DNA of 32,000 nt from Candidatus Saccharimonadota bacterium (GTDB lineage Bacteria; Patescibacteriota; Microgenomatia; UBA1406; GWC2-37-13): assembly GCA_016432445.1 (NCBI GenBank), contig CP066689.1, positions 1,071,690 through 1,103,689 on the forward strand, given 5' to 3'. The notes under the pieces are model-generated. The model saw nothing but the letters and a program-made list of their open reading frames with translations, ran no database searches and was not told the origin of the DNA. The stretch's first letter is position 1. Each line of letters starts with the position of its first letter. The translations under genes were made by a program, and so were the position numbers. Shown piece after piece: positions 1 through 7,168 of this stretch.

Positions 1-667
1 TGCCTTCCTTTGCCAACGTATCATGCCATTTCTTAAAAAGATCTCTGTATCTCTTATCCAGTTGTGACAATCCCCAAACCTTCTCAATCAAAATTGCACG
101 ATCGCCAAAAACATATTCGGCTTCAAAAGCCTGTACGTATTTTTCTTCCTCTTTTTGAGATACTAGCTCTTTAAGTGCGTCAATGATCGGATGAGGCGTT
201 AGCCAAAAAGATCTGTGCCAAGGACCCAAGCCCCAACCTGAGACTTCGCGTCGAAGTTTATCTCGTAGTTCTCTCTTTTTTTCCGGAATTTCATAAGACA
301 AAATACGCCATTTTCCATCCCACTTTTCTTTTAAAAATCTCACGAACGGAAACTCAAGAGCAAGTTTAATAAACCCCTTCTCAGTCAAACGGTATTCAGC
401 TGCATTGTCATCCCGACCGGAGTGGAGGCTATAGTCCTGAGCTTGCGAAGGAGATCCCTCGGCTTCACTCGGGATGACATTGGAGGAATAGTTTTTCTCA
501 ATCAATCCTTCTTTTAATAATGCTGAAAGAGTACCGCGGGTTTTTTGGTTTAAAGATAAATCAAAAGCAAGCTGTATGGGCTCTTGCAATTTGACATATG
601 GAAAATTAACGTCTGATAGTAAAAATAGAGCAAGTAAAATTTTCGTCCGTCTTTCTTTGATTATCAT
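1..667 (-). CDS. PaaX-like (PaaX_C / Cas2-fold) winged-helix regulator, partial (C-terminus lies outside the window)
   Basis: I translated the minus strand by hand from ATG (revcomp of cat at 665-667). The frame stays open to position 1. It is absent from the ORF track because it has no stop in the window. It reads MIIKERRTKILLALFLL...LTEKGFIKLALEFPFVRFLKEKWDGKWRILSYEIPEKKRELRDKLRREVSGWGLGPWHRSFWLTPHP. The W-G-W...P...R..LR..L...G-G......W..P pattern is the PaaX C-terminal domain signature as I remember it. Confidence 0.6.
   Translation of the reverse strand, partial: MIIKERRTKILLALFLLSDVNFPYVKLQEPIQLAFDLSLNQKTRGTLSALLKEGLIEKNYSSNVIPSEAEGSPSQAQDYSLHSGRDDNAAEYRLTEKGFIKLALEFPFVRFLKEKWDGKWRILSYEIPEKKRELRDKLRREVSGWGLGPWHRSFWLTPHPIIDALKELVSQKEEEKYVQAFEAEYVFGDRAILIEKVWGLSQLDKRYRDLFKKWHDTLAKEG
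407..478. repeat. 72-nt palindromic element embedded in frame in the PaaX-like CDS
   Basis: Perfect 10-bp terminal inverted repeat: gtcatcccga at 407-416 and tcgggatgac at 469-478. It is GC-rich relative to its surroundings. Length is 72 nt, i.e. 24 codons. It encodes NVIPSEAEGSPSQAQDYSLHSGRDD, placed just before the EYRLTEKG strand of the winged helix. Confidence 0.6.
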
Positions 668-774
668 TTAGGAAAAAGAATAACAGACGGAATTTTTACT
701 GTCAAGAGGAATATAACTTTTGTAATTGATATATAATTGATATAAAGGTTGTACAATTACTCATTGAATTGCCC

Positions 775-803
775 TTGACAAAAAATGAAGAATACTCTTT
801 AAT
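775..803 (+). promoter_or_regulatory. Candidate sigma70-type promoter for the 829-4234 operon
   Basis: Exact TTGACA at 775-780, a 17-nt spacer, then TTTAAT at 798-803, about 25 nt upstream of ATG 829. It is a motif match only. Confidence 0.35.
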
Positions 804-828
804 TTAGTTTATCATTAATTTTTCATTC

Positions 829-2298
829 ATGAGAAAAAAACATCTCTGCTCTAAGATTATTCTTTTAGTGATATTTGTTTCTGTCTTTAGCGTTTTCTTC
901 TTCACCAAACCAAAAAAAGTAGATACTGCAAATTTTACCAATTCTTATGCTCTTTTAAGTAACTCACGACTTTCCTACCGCGCTGGTGTTGGCAATACTA
1001 CTGCTTCAGGCGATACCTTTATAACTATTGACTCTTCTGGAAATCCTGACAATAACACTAATCATTTGTTCCCTGGAGATACAGTTTGTTTTGAAGATAC
1101 TTCTTTAAGCGCTCCCTGTAGAGAAAGCCGATCAGTTGCAAATATAATCAGCACTACGAGTTTCAATACCTCAACTGGCGCCACTGTGGCTTTGGCCGCC
1201 ACTGACCTGGTGATTGTTAAACAGACTGGAAGCCTCACCATAAATTTTTTTACTGCCTCAGAAGTACCTGTTGGCGGAGATCTTTTGGTTACTGTACCGG
1301 CCGTAAATTCAACCGCTACTAATGATACTTATCCAGATAGTGCCTCAACTGTGGCTGTTAATGGTTTTGATTTAAACGGAGTAGCTGCTGGTGACGTCTC
1401 AATTTCAGGTGGTTGTACCCCTGCTAACTGGGGCAGTGCCACAGTTACAGCCGGAGACGCCAGCAACGACCACACTATCAGATTTGATCGAGTAACGACA
1501 GCTTGTTCAGCATCAATAGGTATCACTATAACTATTGATGCCTCCCCTGGTTTGCTTAACCCGGCTCCAATAACGTCCGGACATACTCAAGGCGGAGCTG
1601 ATGTTTACACAATAAATGTCAAAAGCCGTGATTCAAGCGACGCCACTATTGATCAAATTGATATTAAAGTAGCGCCGGTTGAGGCTGTATTTGTTTCAGC
1701 CACTGTTGATGAGTCACTGGCTTTTACTATAGCTTCTGTAGGGGTGGGCACAACTGTTTGCGGTCAAGTCGCTGATGTCGCCACTACTGCTATGACTGTA
1801 CCGTGGGGTACTATTTCTACGGCTAACACATTTTCTGAAGCGGCTCAACAGCTGACTGTCTCAACCAACGCAGATGGCGGCTATATCGTGAGAATTGAAG
1901 AAAATGACCAGATGGGTAAAGATGGGGTAGCCTGTAGTGGCGCTTCGGCTGATGAATCAGTCAACTGTATTAAAGATACTCTCTGCGGCAGTAGCAACTG
2001 TTCAGAAAGTACTTCTCAAGACTGGACTGATGCCTCAACCTATCAAGGATTAGGCTACTCTATTGAGAATGTCGACGGCACTGATGGCGCTTTTACTTAT
2101 AGTGAATCTTCACGGACATTCTCATCTAGACAATTAGCTGATCAAGAAGCTAGTGAAACTAAAGCTACTATTATGTCCAGTGCCACCCCTGTAAACTCAA
2201 AAGATATTTACGTCTGCTACCGTATTGCCGTATCAGCTACTCAACCAGCCGGATATTATTATAATAAAGTTAAGTACACAGCCACAGCCACATTTTAA
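829..2298 (+). CDS. Secreted surface/fibre-subunit-like protein, family not recognised
   Basis: 489-aa ORF with an N-terminal hydrophobic signal/anchor (KIILLVIFVSVFSVFFFT). The body is Thr/Ser/Ala/Gly-rich and looks beta-rich, ending in a beta-strand-like tail YYYNKVKYTATATF. It is first in a tightly packed co-directional operon. No LPXTG or WxL motif was seen. Confidence 0.75.
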   Translation: MRKKHLCSKIILLVIFVSVFSVFFFTKPKKVDTANFTNSYALLSNSRLSYRAGVGNTTASGDTFITIDSSGNPDNNTNHLFPGDTVCFEDTSLSAPCRESRSVANIISTTSFNTSTGATVALAATDLVIVKQTGSLTINFFTASEVPVGGDLLVTVPAVNSTATNDTYPDSASTVAVNGFDLNGVAAGDVSISGGCTPANWGSATVTAGDASNDHTIRFDRVTTACSASIGITITIDASPGLLNPAPITSGHTQGGADVYTINVKSRDSSDATIDQIDIKVAPVEAVFVSATVDESLAFTIASVGVGTTVCGQVADVATTAMTVPWGTISTANTFSEAAQQLTVSTNADGGYIVRIEENDQMGKDGVACSGASADESVNCIKDTLCGSSNCSESTSQDWTDASTYQGLGYSIENVDGTDGAFTYSESSRTFSSRQLADQEASETKATIMSSATPVNSKDIYVCYRIAVSATQPAGYYYNKVKYTATATF

Positions 2299-2304
2299 TA
2301 AATT

Positions 2305-3312
2305 ATGAGAAATATAATTAATCTAATTTTTATAATAGTTATAACCTTTATAACTGTTATACAGGCGACTGAAGCGAAGGCTCAAGCTACTCAAATGCTT
2401 CAGGTTGCCCCAGCGCGCCAGGAAATTACTTTAAACCCGGGTGAACAGGCCTCAATAGTAGTAAAATTTTATAATTTTAACGAAACTCCTGTCGCAGGCA
2501 TTGTTAAGGTTGCTGACTTTGAAGTCACTGATTCTGACGGCACAGTCAGGATTATTGATACGGCCTCACAGGCTTCACCAAAGTTCTCTGCTTCTCAATG
2601 GTTTACTATTGCCAATGAAAAAGTCATCATTTTCCCTCAAGATAAAGTTACAGTTCAGGCGCAAATAAATGTCTCTACTGATGCTCGCCCAGGAGGAAGG
2701 TATGCGGCCGTATATTTTGAACCCGCAGAATCTGTATCTCAGCCTGTAAACATTGGTAAAAGTGCCTCAACAGGCATTGCCTCAAGAATCGCCTCACTTA
2801 TCTATATCAGAGTTCCTGGAGATACTTTTGAAAAAGCCCTAATTTCACGTTTTTTTGCTTCTTCTTTTCTTGAAAATGGACCTATTAATGTTGAGACTGA
2901 GATTCTAAACCGCGGTGATTACCACATTAGGCCAAAAGGATTTGTCAGCCTAACTGATATGTTTAGCAATGTTCAGGCTCAGGAAAAAATTAAAGAGCAT
3001 AATATCTTTCCTGATGCCTCAAGAACCTATAAAAACTCTCTCGGTTCCAAATGGATGCTTGGACGCTATCGACTTGATCTTACTTCCTCTTACGGAGACA
3101 AAGCTCAGGTCATGACCCGCTTTATTTATGTCTGGGTCTTCCCTTGGAAAATAGCCTTAGCTATAGTTTTGGCTCTCATACTGTTTATAGTCTTTGGAAA
3201 AAATATTTATAAAAAAATAGTTGTTAAAGAAGCTGTCCTTGAAGCCGAGGTTAAAAAAGAAAAAGAAGAGATAGAAGAACTGAAAAAAGAGTTGCGTAAA
3301 AAAAATGACTAA
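2305..3312 (+). CDS. Membrane-anchored cell-surface protein with DUF916/DUF3324-like (CscA-like) architecture
   Basis: 335-aa ORF starting 7 nt after the previous stop. It has a signal peptide (IFIIVITFITVIQA). An Ig-like N-terminal half reads MLQVAPARQEITLNPGEQASIVVKFYNFNETPV. A second beta-sandwich-like half contains IRPKGFVSLTD...NIFPDASRTY...GRYRLDL. The C-terminus has a TM helix (WKIALAIVLALILFIVFG) and a charged KKEKEEIEELKKELRKK tail. The family assignment is from remembered motif patterns, not a search. Confidence 0.65.
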   Translation: MRNIINLIFIIVITFITVIQATEAKAQATQMLQVAPARQEITLNPGEQASIVVKFYNFNETPVAGIVKVADFEVTDSDGTVRIIDTASQASPKFSASQWFTIANEKVIIFPQDKVTVQAQINVSTDARPGGRYAAVYFEPAESVSQPVNIGKSASTGIASRIASLIYIRVPGDTFEKALISRFFASSFLENGPINVETEILNRGDYHIRPKGFVSLTDMFSNVQAQEKIKEHNIFPDASRTYKNSLGSKWMLGRYRLDLTSSYGDKAQVMTRFIYVWVFPWKIALAIVLALILFIVFGKNIYKKIVVKEAVLEAEVKKEKEEIEELKKELRKKND

Positions 3313-4234
3313 TAGTCTTACTCTAATCCTTCTAATCCCCTTAATCCTCCTACTCCCTTTCCCAATATCTGCTGCGTTGCCTCCTCAATCTTCGACTATT
3401 CAAGTCTCCGTCTCAATTGGAGAATACCAGTTCACGCTTTATGGACAGACTTCACCTAGTGCTTTAGTCTCAATTCAGGGTATGGGTATATATGATCAAA
3501 CCACAGCTGACAATGATGGTAATTTTGTGTTTGTAAACCGTTTCTCCCCTTTTTCGCCGCGTGAAGCTTGTATAACTGCTCAGGATCAGTTTGGCAGAAA
3601 CTCAGCCCCGACCTGTCTTCCCCCTTTCCCAACCCGCTACAACGTCACTGTTGGACCGGTTCTTATGCCGGCCACTCTTTCTCTTGATAAAAACGACTAT
3701 TTTTTGGGTGATGAGATAGTTTTGAGCGGACAAACTATCCCCAACAGCGAGGTTAATCTTTCTATGTTTGCTGCAGATACATCTTTATCAAAATATCTGG
3801 CATTAACCCCGATTGGATCAAAATCAATTTTAAAACGGGAAATCGTCAAATCTGCCCCTGCAATTAAGCTACCTGAGTATAAAACTAAGTCTGATGACAA
3901 AGGCAACTTTTCTATTTCCTTACCGTCATCTAAAACTTCTGACTACCGTTTATTCACTCAGACTGCTGTAGGTAAAGATAAATCACCTAAAAGTATTATC
4001 TTAAATCCTTCAGTTTTACCTTGGTGGATGATTATCTTCAAGTATTTTCTTTTTATCTGGAATATAATACGGCCAAGACTGCTGGAAATTATAATTATTA
4101 TTGAGATTGCGGCAACTACCTATTATATTTTCACTCATTATCTTCACCATAAAAAAATAAGAACGCTGATGGTGAGAGAAAAACATGAGATACAAATTAC
4201 AAAATCCAAATGTCAAATGACAAATATCAAATGA
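3305..4234 (+). CDS. Signal-peptide protein with two small beta-sandwich (carboxypeptidase-regulatory/Ig-like) modules and C-terminal TM segments
   Basis: 309-aa ORF overlapping the previous stop by 8 nt (ATGACTAA), which suggests translational coupling. Signal peptide LTLILLIPLILLLPFPISA. Two G-Q-T-x-P-x-x-x-V ... D-x-x-G-N-F modules are present. The C-terminus is hydrophobic (WWMIIFKYFLFIWNII, LLEIIIIIEIAATTYYIF). The last codons (KSKCQMTNIK) are contributed by the heptamer repeat at 4205-4234. Confidence 0.7.
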   Translation: MTNSLTLILLIPLILLLPFPISAALPPQSSTIQVSVSIGEYQFTLYGQTSPSALVSIQGMGIYDQTTADNDGNFVFVNRFSPFSPREACITAQDQFGRNSAPTCLPPFPTRYNVTVGPVLMPATLSLDKNDYFLGDEIVLSGQTIPNSEVNLSMFAADTSLSKYLALTPIGSKSILKREIVKSAPAIKLPEYKTKSDDKGNFSISLPSSKTSDYRLFTQTAVGKDKSPKSIILNPSVLPWWMIIFKYFLFIWNIIRPRLLEIIIIIEIAATTYYIFTHYLHHKKIRTLMVREKHEIQITKSKCQMTNIK

Positions 4235-4285
4235 ATGTTTGAATTTTTTTTGAAATTTGACATTTGGCATTTGAGCTTTGAATCT
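4205..4285. terminator. Imperfect inverted repeat built from TNNCAAA heptamers; candidate bidirectional terminator between convergent genes
   Basis: The left arm tccaaatgtcaaatgacaaatatcaaatga (4205-4234) pairs with the reverse complement of tttgaaatttgacatttggcatttgagctttgaatc (4249-4285) at about 22 of 25 core positions. The loop is T-rich. It lies between the convergent CDS ends at 4234 (+) and 4331 (-). Confidence 0.4.
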
Positions 4286-4330
4286 TAATATTGAGGCTTA
4301 ACAGAGCCTTAAAGATTGAATTAACGTTCG

Positions 4331-4744
4331 TTAATTAAAGCTTACGTGTGCTTTTTGATTTAATGAAGTATCCTCTACTTTAACGCTAACATAATATTCT
4401 CCTGCTTGATTGGCAGTTACATCAAAAACTGATTTACCTAAGTTATCACTTAATCCCTGTATTGCTTCTATACTCAAATGAGGAACAGGCTCGAGAGTTA
4501 CTTTCTTTCCCATCACGCCCAATCCTTGATTGTTTAGTATGAAAACAGTGATACGTATCTTCTCTTGGCCATTGGCCTTGGCCTGTAAAGGACTGACAAA
4601 AATATAAGAATTATCGGCTGAAAATGAATAACGGCTGACATCAGCCCGGCCAACCATATACTGAGTTTCATAAAACCAAAAGAAACCTGAGAAAGAAATA
4701 AGAACAACTAAAACCATTAATACATAAAAAAATTTCCTGTTCAT
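4331..4744 (-). CDS. Small membrane-anchored protein with one bacterial Ig-like (Big_1/invasin-like) domain
   Basis: The ORF track gives 4331..4783. I prefer the internal ATG at 4744, which gives MNRKFFYVLMVLVVLISFSGFFWF, a standard basic N-terminus followed by a TM helix. The remainder (QEKIRITVFILNNQGLGVMGKKVTLEP...FDVTANQAGEYYVSVKVEDTS) matches the Big_1-type pattern. Confidence 0.7.
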   Translation of the reverse strand: MNRKFFYVLMVLVVLISFSGFFWFYETQYMVGRADVSRYSFSADNSYIFVSPLQAKANGQEKIRITVFILNNQGLGVMGKKVTLEPVPHLSIEAIQGLSDNLGKSVFDVTANQAGEYYVSVKVEDTSLNQKAHVSFN

Positions 4745-5004
4745 AATATTAAATATAACATATATTAAAAAAAACAAGGCCAATTGTCATTTAACGCTTC
4801 GGATTGATCTGATCTGGAAACTTTGTGAAGTCGTCCCGACGTGGCGTCTTTACAGATGATTAAAACAAATTTTACATTTATCAAAATAAACATACGTCTG
4901 CTAAAAATTAAAAAAAAAGCTATAGCTTATTCCATAGACTTGAAACTTAATCAAGTTAACCTGGTGATAAATATTACTTGCAGACGTTAATTTTAAAATA
5001 AGAA

Positions 5005-5109
5005 TTTCAAATGTCAAATTTCAAATTCCAAATCAAATCCAAAATCCAAATAACTAAATTACTTAACCTTAGTTGATATTTGAAATTTGAGCTTTGACAT
5101 TTGATTTTT
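5005..5109. repeat. Intergenic inverted repeat of TNNCAAA heptamer arrays
   Basis: The left array is tttcaaa tgtcaaa tttcaaa ttccaaa tcaaa tccaaaa tccaaata (5005-5052). The right arm gatatttgaaatttgagctttgacatttgattttt (5075-5109) is its imperfect reverse complement. Confidence 0.6.
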
Positions 5110-5159
5110 ATCTAAAATTTCTTGTGGCTAACCATGGAGGAAATCATACAAACGTGTAT

Positions 5160-5187
5160 GTAGGTAACGCAGATCTGCGTCCCTTAC
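5160..5187. repeat. 28-nt imperfect palindrome, same length and termini as the coding palindrome at 5550-5577
   Basis: In gtaggtaacgcaga|tctgcgtcccttac, 11 of 14 positions pair in Watson-Crick fashion and one more as a G-T wobble. It has a perfect 14-nt core acgcagatctgcgt. It shares gtagg...cc(c/t)tac ends with 5550-5577. Confidence 0.5.
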
Positions 5188-5364
5188 GAATATCATATTA
5201 TACGCCCAAAATACTACAAGATACTTGATATCTTTCTATATATTAAGGACATTGAAATAATTTCACGTTAAATAAAATAAATACAATTAAATTATTTTAT
5301 AGGCCTTATAGTGCCAGCTCCCGAATCTGTAAATAACTATATCACAATACTACCAAAATACCTC

Positions 5365-5394
5365 TTGACAACCTTTTTATAATTGTAATAGTAT
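5365..5394 (+). promoter_or_regulatory. Candidate promoter for 5403-5948, possibly giving a leaderless or very short-leader mRNA
   Basis: Exact TTGACA at 5365-5370, an 18-nt spacer, then TAGTAT at 5389-5394 (alternatively TAATAG at 5386-5391). The ATG lies at 5403, only about 9 nt downstream. It is a motif match only. Confidence 0.35.
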
Positions 5395-5402
5395 GAGAGT
5401 GT

Positions 5403-5948
5403 ATGCAACTACAGTATAATCAGTATAATTTTGAATCTTCTTTTAAAAACTATTTACTTGCGGAAAAAGTAAAACCTGTTACTTTAAAAAATTATCTGTC
5501 CGATTTAAGACATTTTTTGGGGTGGTTAACAATCCCATCTCACATCAATGTAGGGACAGGTCGCGACCTGTCCCTACCAGATGAAACGTCATTCATCACC
5601 CAAAATCTGACCTTAGAAACCCTTGAAAATTACAAGCAGTATCTTATATCAAACAACCTGCCTTTACTAACTGTAAACCGCCGCCTCTCTACTCTTCGTA
5701 AGTTTTGCACCTTTTGTATTTCTCAAGGATGGATGAAGGAGAACCCAGCGAAAAAAATTTCAAATGTCAAATTTCAAATGTCAAGTGCAGGGGTCGGGCG
5801 TGACCGACCCGAGACAATGGATGAGGCAAATATCGGATATGTATTAAAAAAATATAAAACATTCATTGAAAAAGAAGGCCTTTCCAACAATCAAATCGAT
5901 AAAAATATTACAGACGTGAAGGATTTTTTACAAATTATAAATTCATAA
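5403..5948 (+). CDS. Stand-alone phage-integrase N-terminal SAM-like (core-binding) domain protein; no catalytic domain
   Basis: 181-aa ORF with three copies of the x-Y-xx-[YF]-L...T...Y/L..L..F..W pattern: FKNYLLAEKVKPVTLKNYLSDLRHFLGWL, LENYKQYLISNNLPLLTVNRRLSTLRKFCTFCISQGW and LKKYKTFIEKEGLSNNQIDKNITDVKDFLQI. These are typical of tyrosine-recombinase core-binding domains. No R-K-H-R-H-Y catalytic region follows. Confidence 0.6.
   Translation: MQLQYNQYNFESSFKNYLLAEKVKPVTLKNYLSDLRHFLGWLTIPSHINVGTGRDLSLPDETSFITQNLTLETLENYKQYLISNNLPLLTVNRRLSTLRKFCTFCISQGWMKENPAKKISNVKFQMSSAGVGRDRPETMDEANIGYVLKKYKTFIEKEGLSNNQIDKNITDVKDFLQIINS
5550..5577. repeat. Perfect 28-bp palindrome inside the SAM-like CDS
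   Basis: gtagggacaggtcg|cgacctgtccctac is perfectly self-complementary (14+14). It is GC-rich within AT-rich coding sequence. It encodes VGTGRDLSLP, located between the first and second SAM-like units. Confidence 0.8.
5758..5810 (+). repeat. Heptamer array (tttcaaa tgtcaaa x2) followed by a GC hairpin, inside the SAM-like CDS
   Basis: tttcaaatgtcaaa (5758-5771) and tttcaaatgtcaag (5772-5785) form a direct 14-mer duplication. A hairpin follows: gggtcgg (5791-5797), loop gcgtga, ccgaccc (5804-5810). Together they encode ISNVKFQMSSAGVGRDRP. Confidence 0.75.
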
Positions 5949-6125
5949 AAATATGATACAGCTAACCTCGTTTGTCGGTAAAGGTTTGGGAACTTTAAGA
6001 TTTTTATTGGATCCTGCGGTTGAAGGAAATCCTTACGGATCTTCATTTCATAAAAGAAAAAAACAAACCACGGATAAACCAAGGACACCTCTTTTTCGAA
6101 GAAGATTGGCCTGGCGTTAATAAAT

Positions 6126-6180
6126 CCCCTCTTGTAAGAGGGGTCCGGCCATTGGCCGGGGGGTGTTTTCTTATGAAAAC
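6126..6180 (+). repeat. Truncated copy (3 hairpins) of the modular hairpin array seen at 7169 and 12796
   Basis: Hairpin 1 is cccctct-tgta-agagggg (6126-6143). Hairpin 2 is ccggcc-att-ggccgg (6145-6159). Hairpin 3 is gttttc-ttat-gaaaac (6165-6180). It has the same order and the same conserved flanks (atcccctct...agaggggt, ggggtgtttt) as the other two copies. Confidence 0.7.
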
Positions 6181-6390
6181 CATAAAACATATCTGGAATA
6201 AATGGGAAGGCTTAATAGCTTCGCTCATTTTGTGGCTTTCCAAAAAGACTAGATACAATGTAGATAATGAAAAAACGGATCATTTTATCACTTACCCCAA
6301 CAAAAGTGCTAACATTTTTCAAATTTTTTTCAATGCAGTTTCCAAGCTCCAATCCGTGAGAATCAGCTTTAAATCCGTTTTAATCTCTAT

Positions 6391-7032
6391 ATGAAAAATC
6401 AAAAGAAACAAACCCCACTTCGTCTCGTTAAGCAAGACTACGCGGGGCAAGCAATTTACGCTTTTATCGACAGCCAGAATGTCAATCTGGCAATCAAAGA
6501 CCAGGGCTGGGCACTCGATTTCGCCAGATTTAAAATATATTTAAAAGATAAATATCACGTTTCAAAAGCCTATTTGTTTATCGGCTTAATCCCAGGTAAT
6601 CAAAAACTTTATGATTTTCTTAAAAAAGCCGGATATATCCTTTTTTTCAAACCAACGCTGGAAATTAAAGACGGAAAAACTAATAAGATTAAAGGGAATG
6701 TGGATGCAGAATTAGTACTACATTCAATGATTGAGTACCCTAACTATGATAAGGCCATCATCGTAACGGGTGATGGAGACTTTTATTGCTTAGTGGAATA
6801 TTTGTTACAGAAAAATAAACTATTACGGGTAATCATACCTAATATAACTAAGTATTCCCGACTATTCTACAAATTTAATCCTTACTTGGCTTTTATGAAT
6901 AACTTAAAAAATAAGCTGGAGCATAAAAAAAGAGAGGCGTCACTTAGGCATGAAAGCCTTCAGTTGTCCTCTCATCGTAATAATATAAATATACCAAAAA
7001 TTAAAAAGAAGTCAAGCACAAAAAATGTCTGA
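6391..7032 (+). CDS. NYN domain (LabA/DUF88-like, PIN-fold) putative RNase
   Basis: 213-aa ORF. The motif order AFIDSQNVNL ... GNVDAELVLHSM ... AIIVTGDGDFYCLVEYL matches the acidic-residue layout of NYN/LabA-like domains. The C-terminal tail is basic. Confidence 0.75.
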   Translation: MKNQKKQTPLRLVKQDYAGQAIYAFIDSQNVNLAIKDQGWALDFARFKIYLKDKYHVSKAYLFIGLIPGNQKLYDFLKKAGYILFFKPTLEIKDGKTNKIKGNVDAELVLHSMIEYPNYDKAIIVTGDGDFYCLVEYLLQKNKLLRVIIPNITKYSRLFYKFNPYLAFMNNLKNKLEHKKREASLRHESLQLSSHRNNINIPKIKKKSSTKNV

Positions 7033-7056
7033 ACCGGCGCGCGCGCCCATCCAGAC
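7027..7056. other. GC-rich nested palindrome just after the NYN stop codon
   Basis: gtctg (7027-7031) pairs with cagac (7052-7056), enclosing the 12-nt alternating CG palindrome ggcgcgcgcgcc (7036-7047). No U-tract follows, so it is a weak terminator candidate at best. Confidence 0.3.
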
Positions 7057-7168
7057 AAGTTAATAACAGTTTACAAAAAAAATTATTATTTGTCAAGAAC
7101 GAATATGACTAAAAATCCTTTGATAAAAATCTGGTACAGGTGGGAAGGGGTGATTGAATCTTTCATAT

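Noticed and set aside
1329-4270. Minus-strand ORFs 1329..1526, 3697..3906 and 4016..4270.
   Set aside because: They are nested antisense within the well-supported plus-strand operon genes. 4016..4270 also runs through the heptamer inverted repeat.
4745-4783. Upstream start (4783) for the minus-strand Ig-like protein.
   Set aside because: The extra 13 residues (MALFFLIYVIFNI) precede a canonical MNRKFF-plus-TM N-terminus. I prefer the internal ATG at 4744, but cannot exclude 4783.
4784-5402. A possible tRNA or other small RNA gene in the 620-bp intergenic region.
   Set aside because: I could not find a cloverleaf-compatible arrangement or a T-loop-like GTTCRANNC box. The structured parts are explained by the heptamer inverted repeat and the 28-nt palindrome.
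5891-6394. ORFs 6020..6394 (+), 5891..6190 (-) and 6043..6258 (-).
   Set aside because: They overlap one another and read straight through the truncated hairpin array (NKSPLVRGVRPLAGGCF). Their composition is low-complexity with no recognisable domain. I treat 5949-6390 as non-coding or relic sequence.
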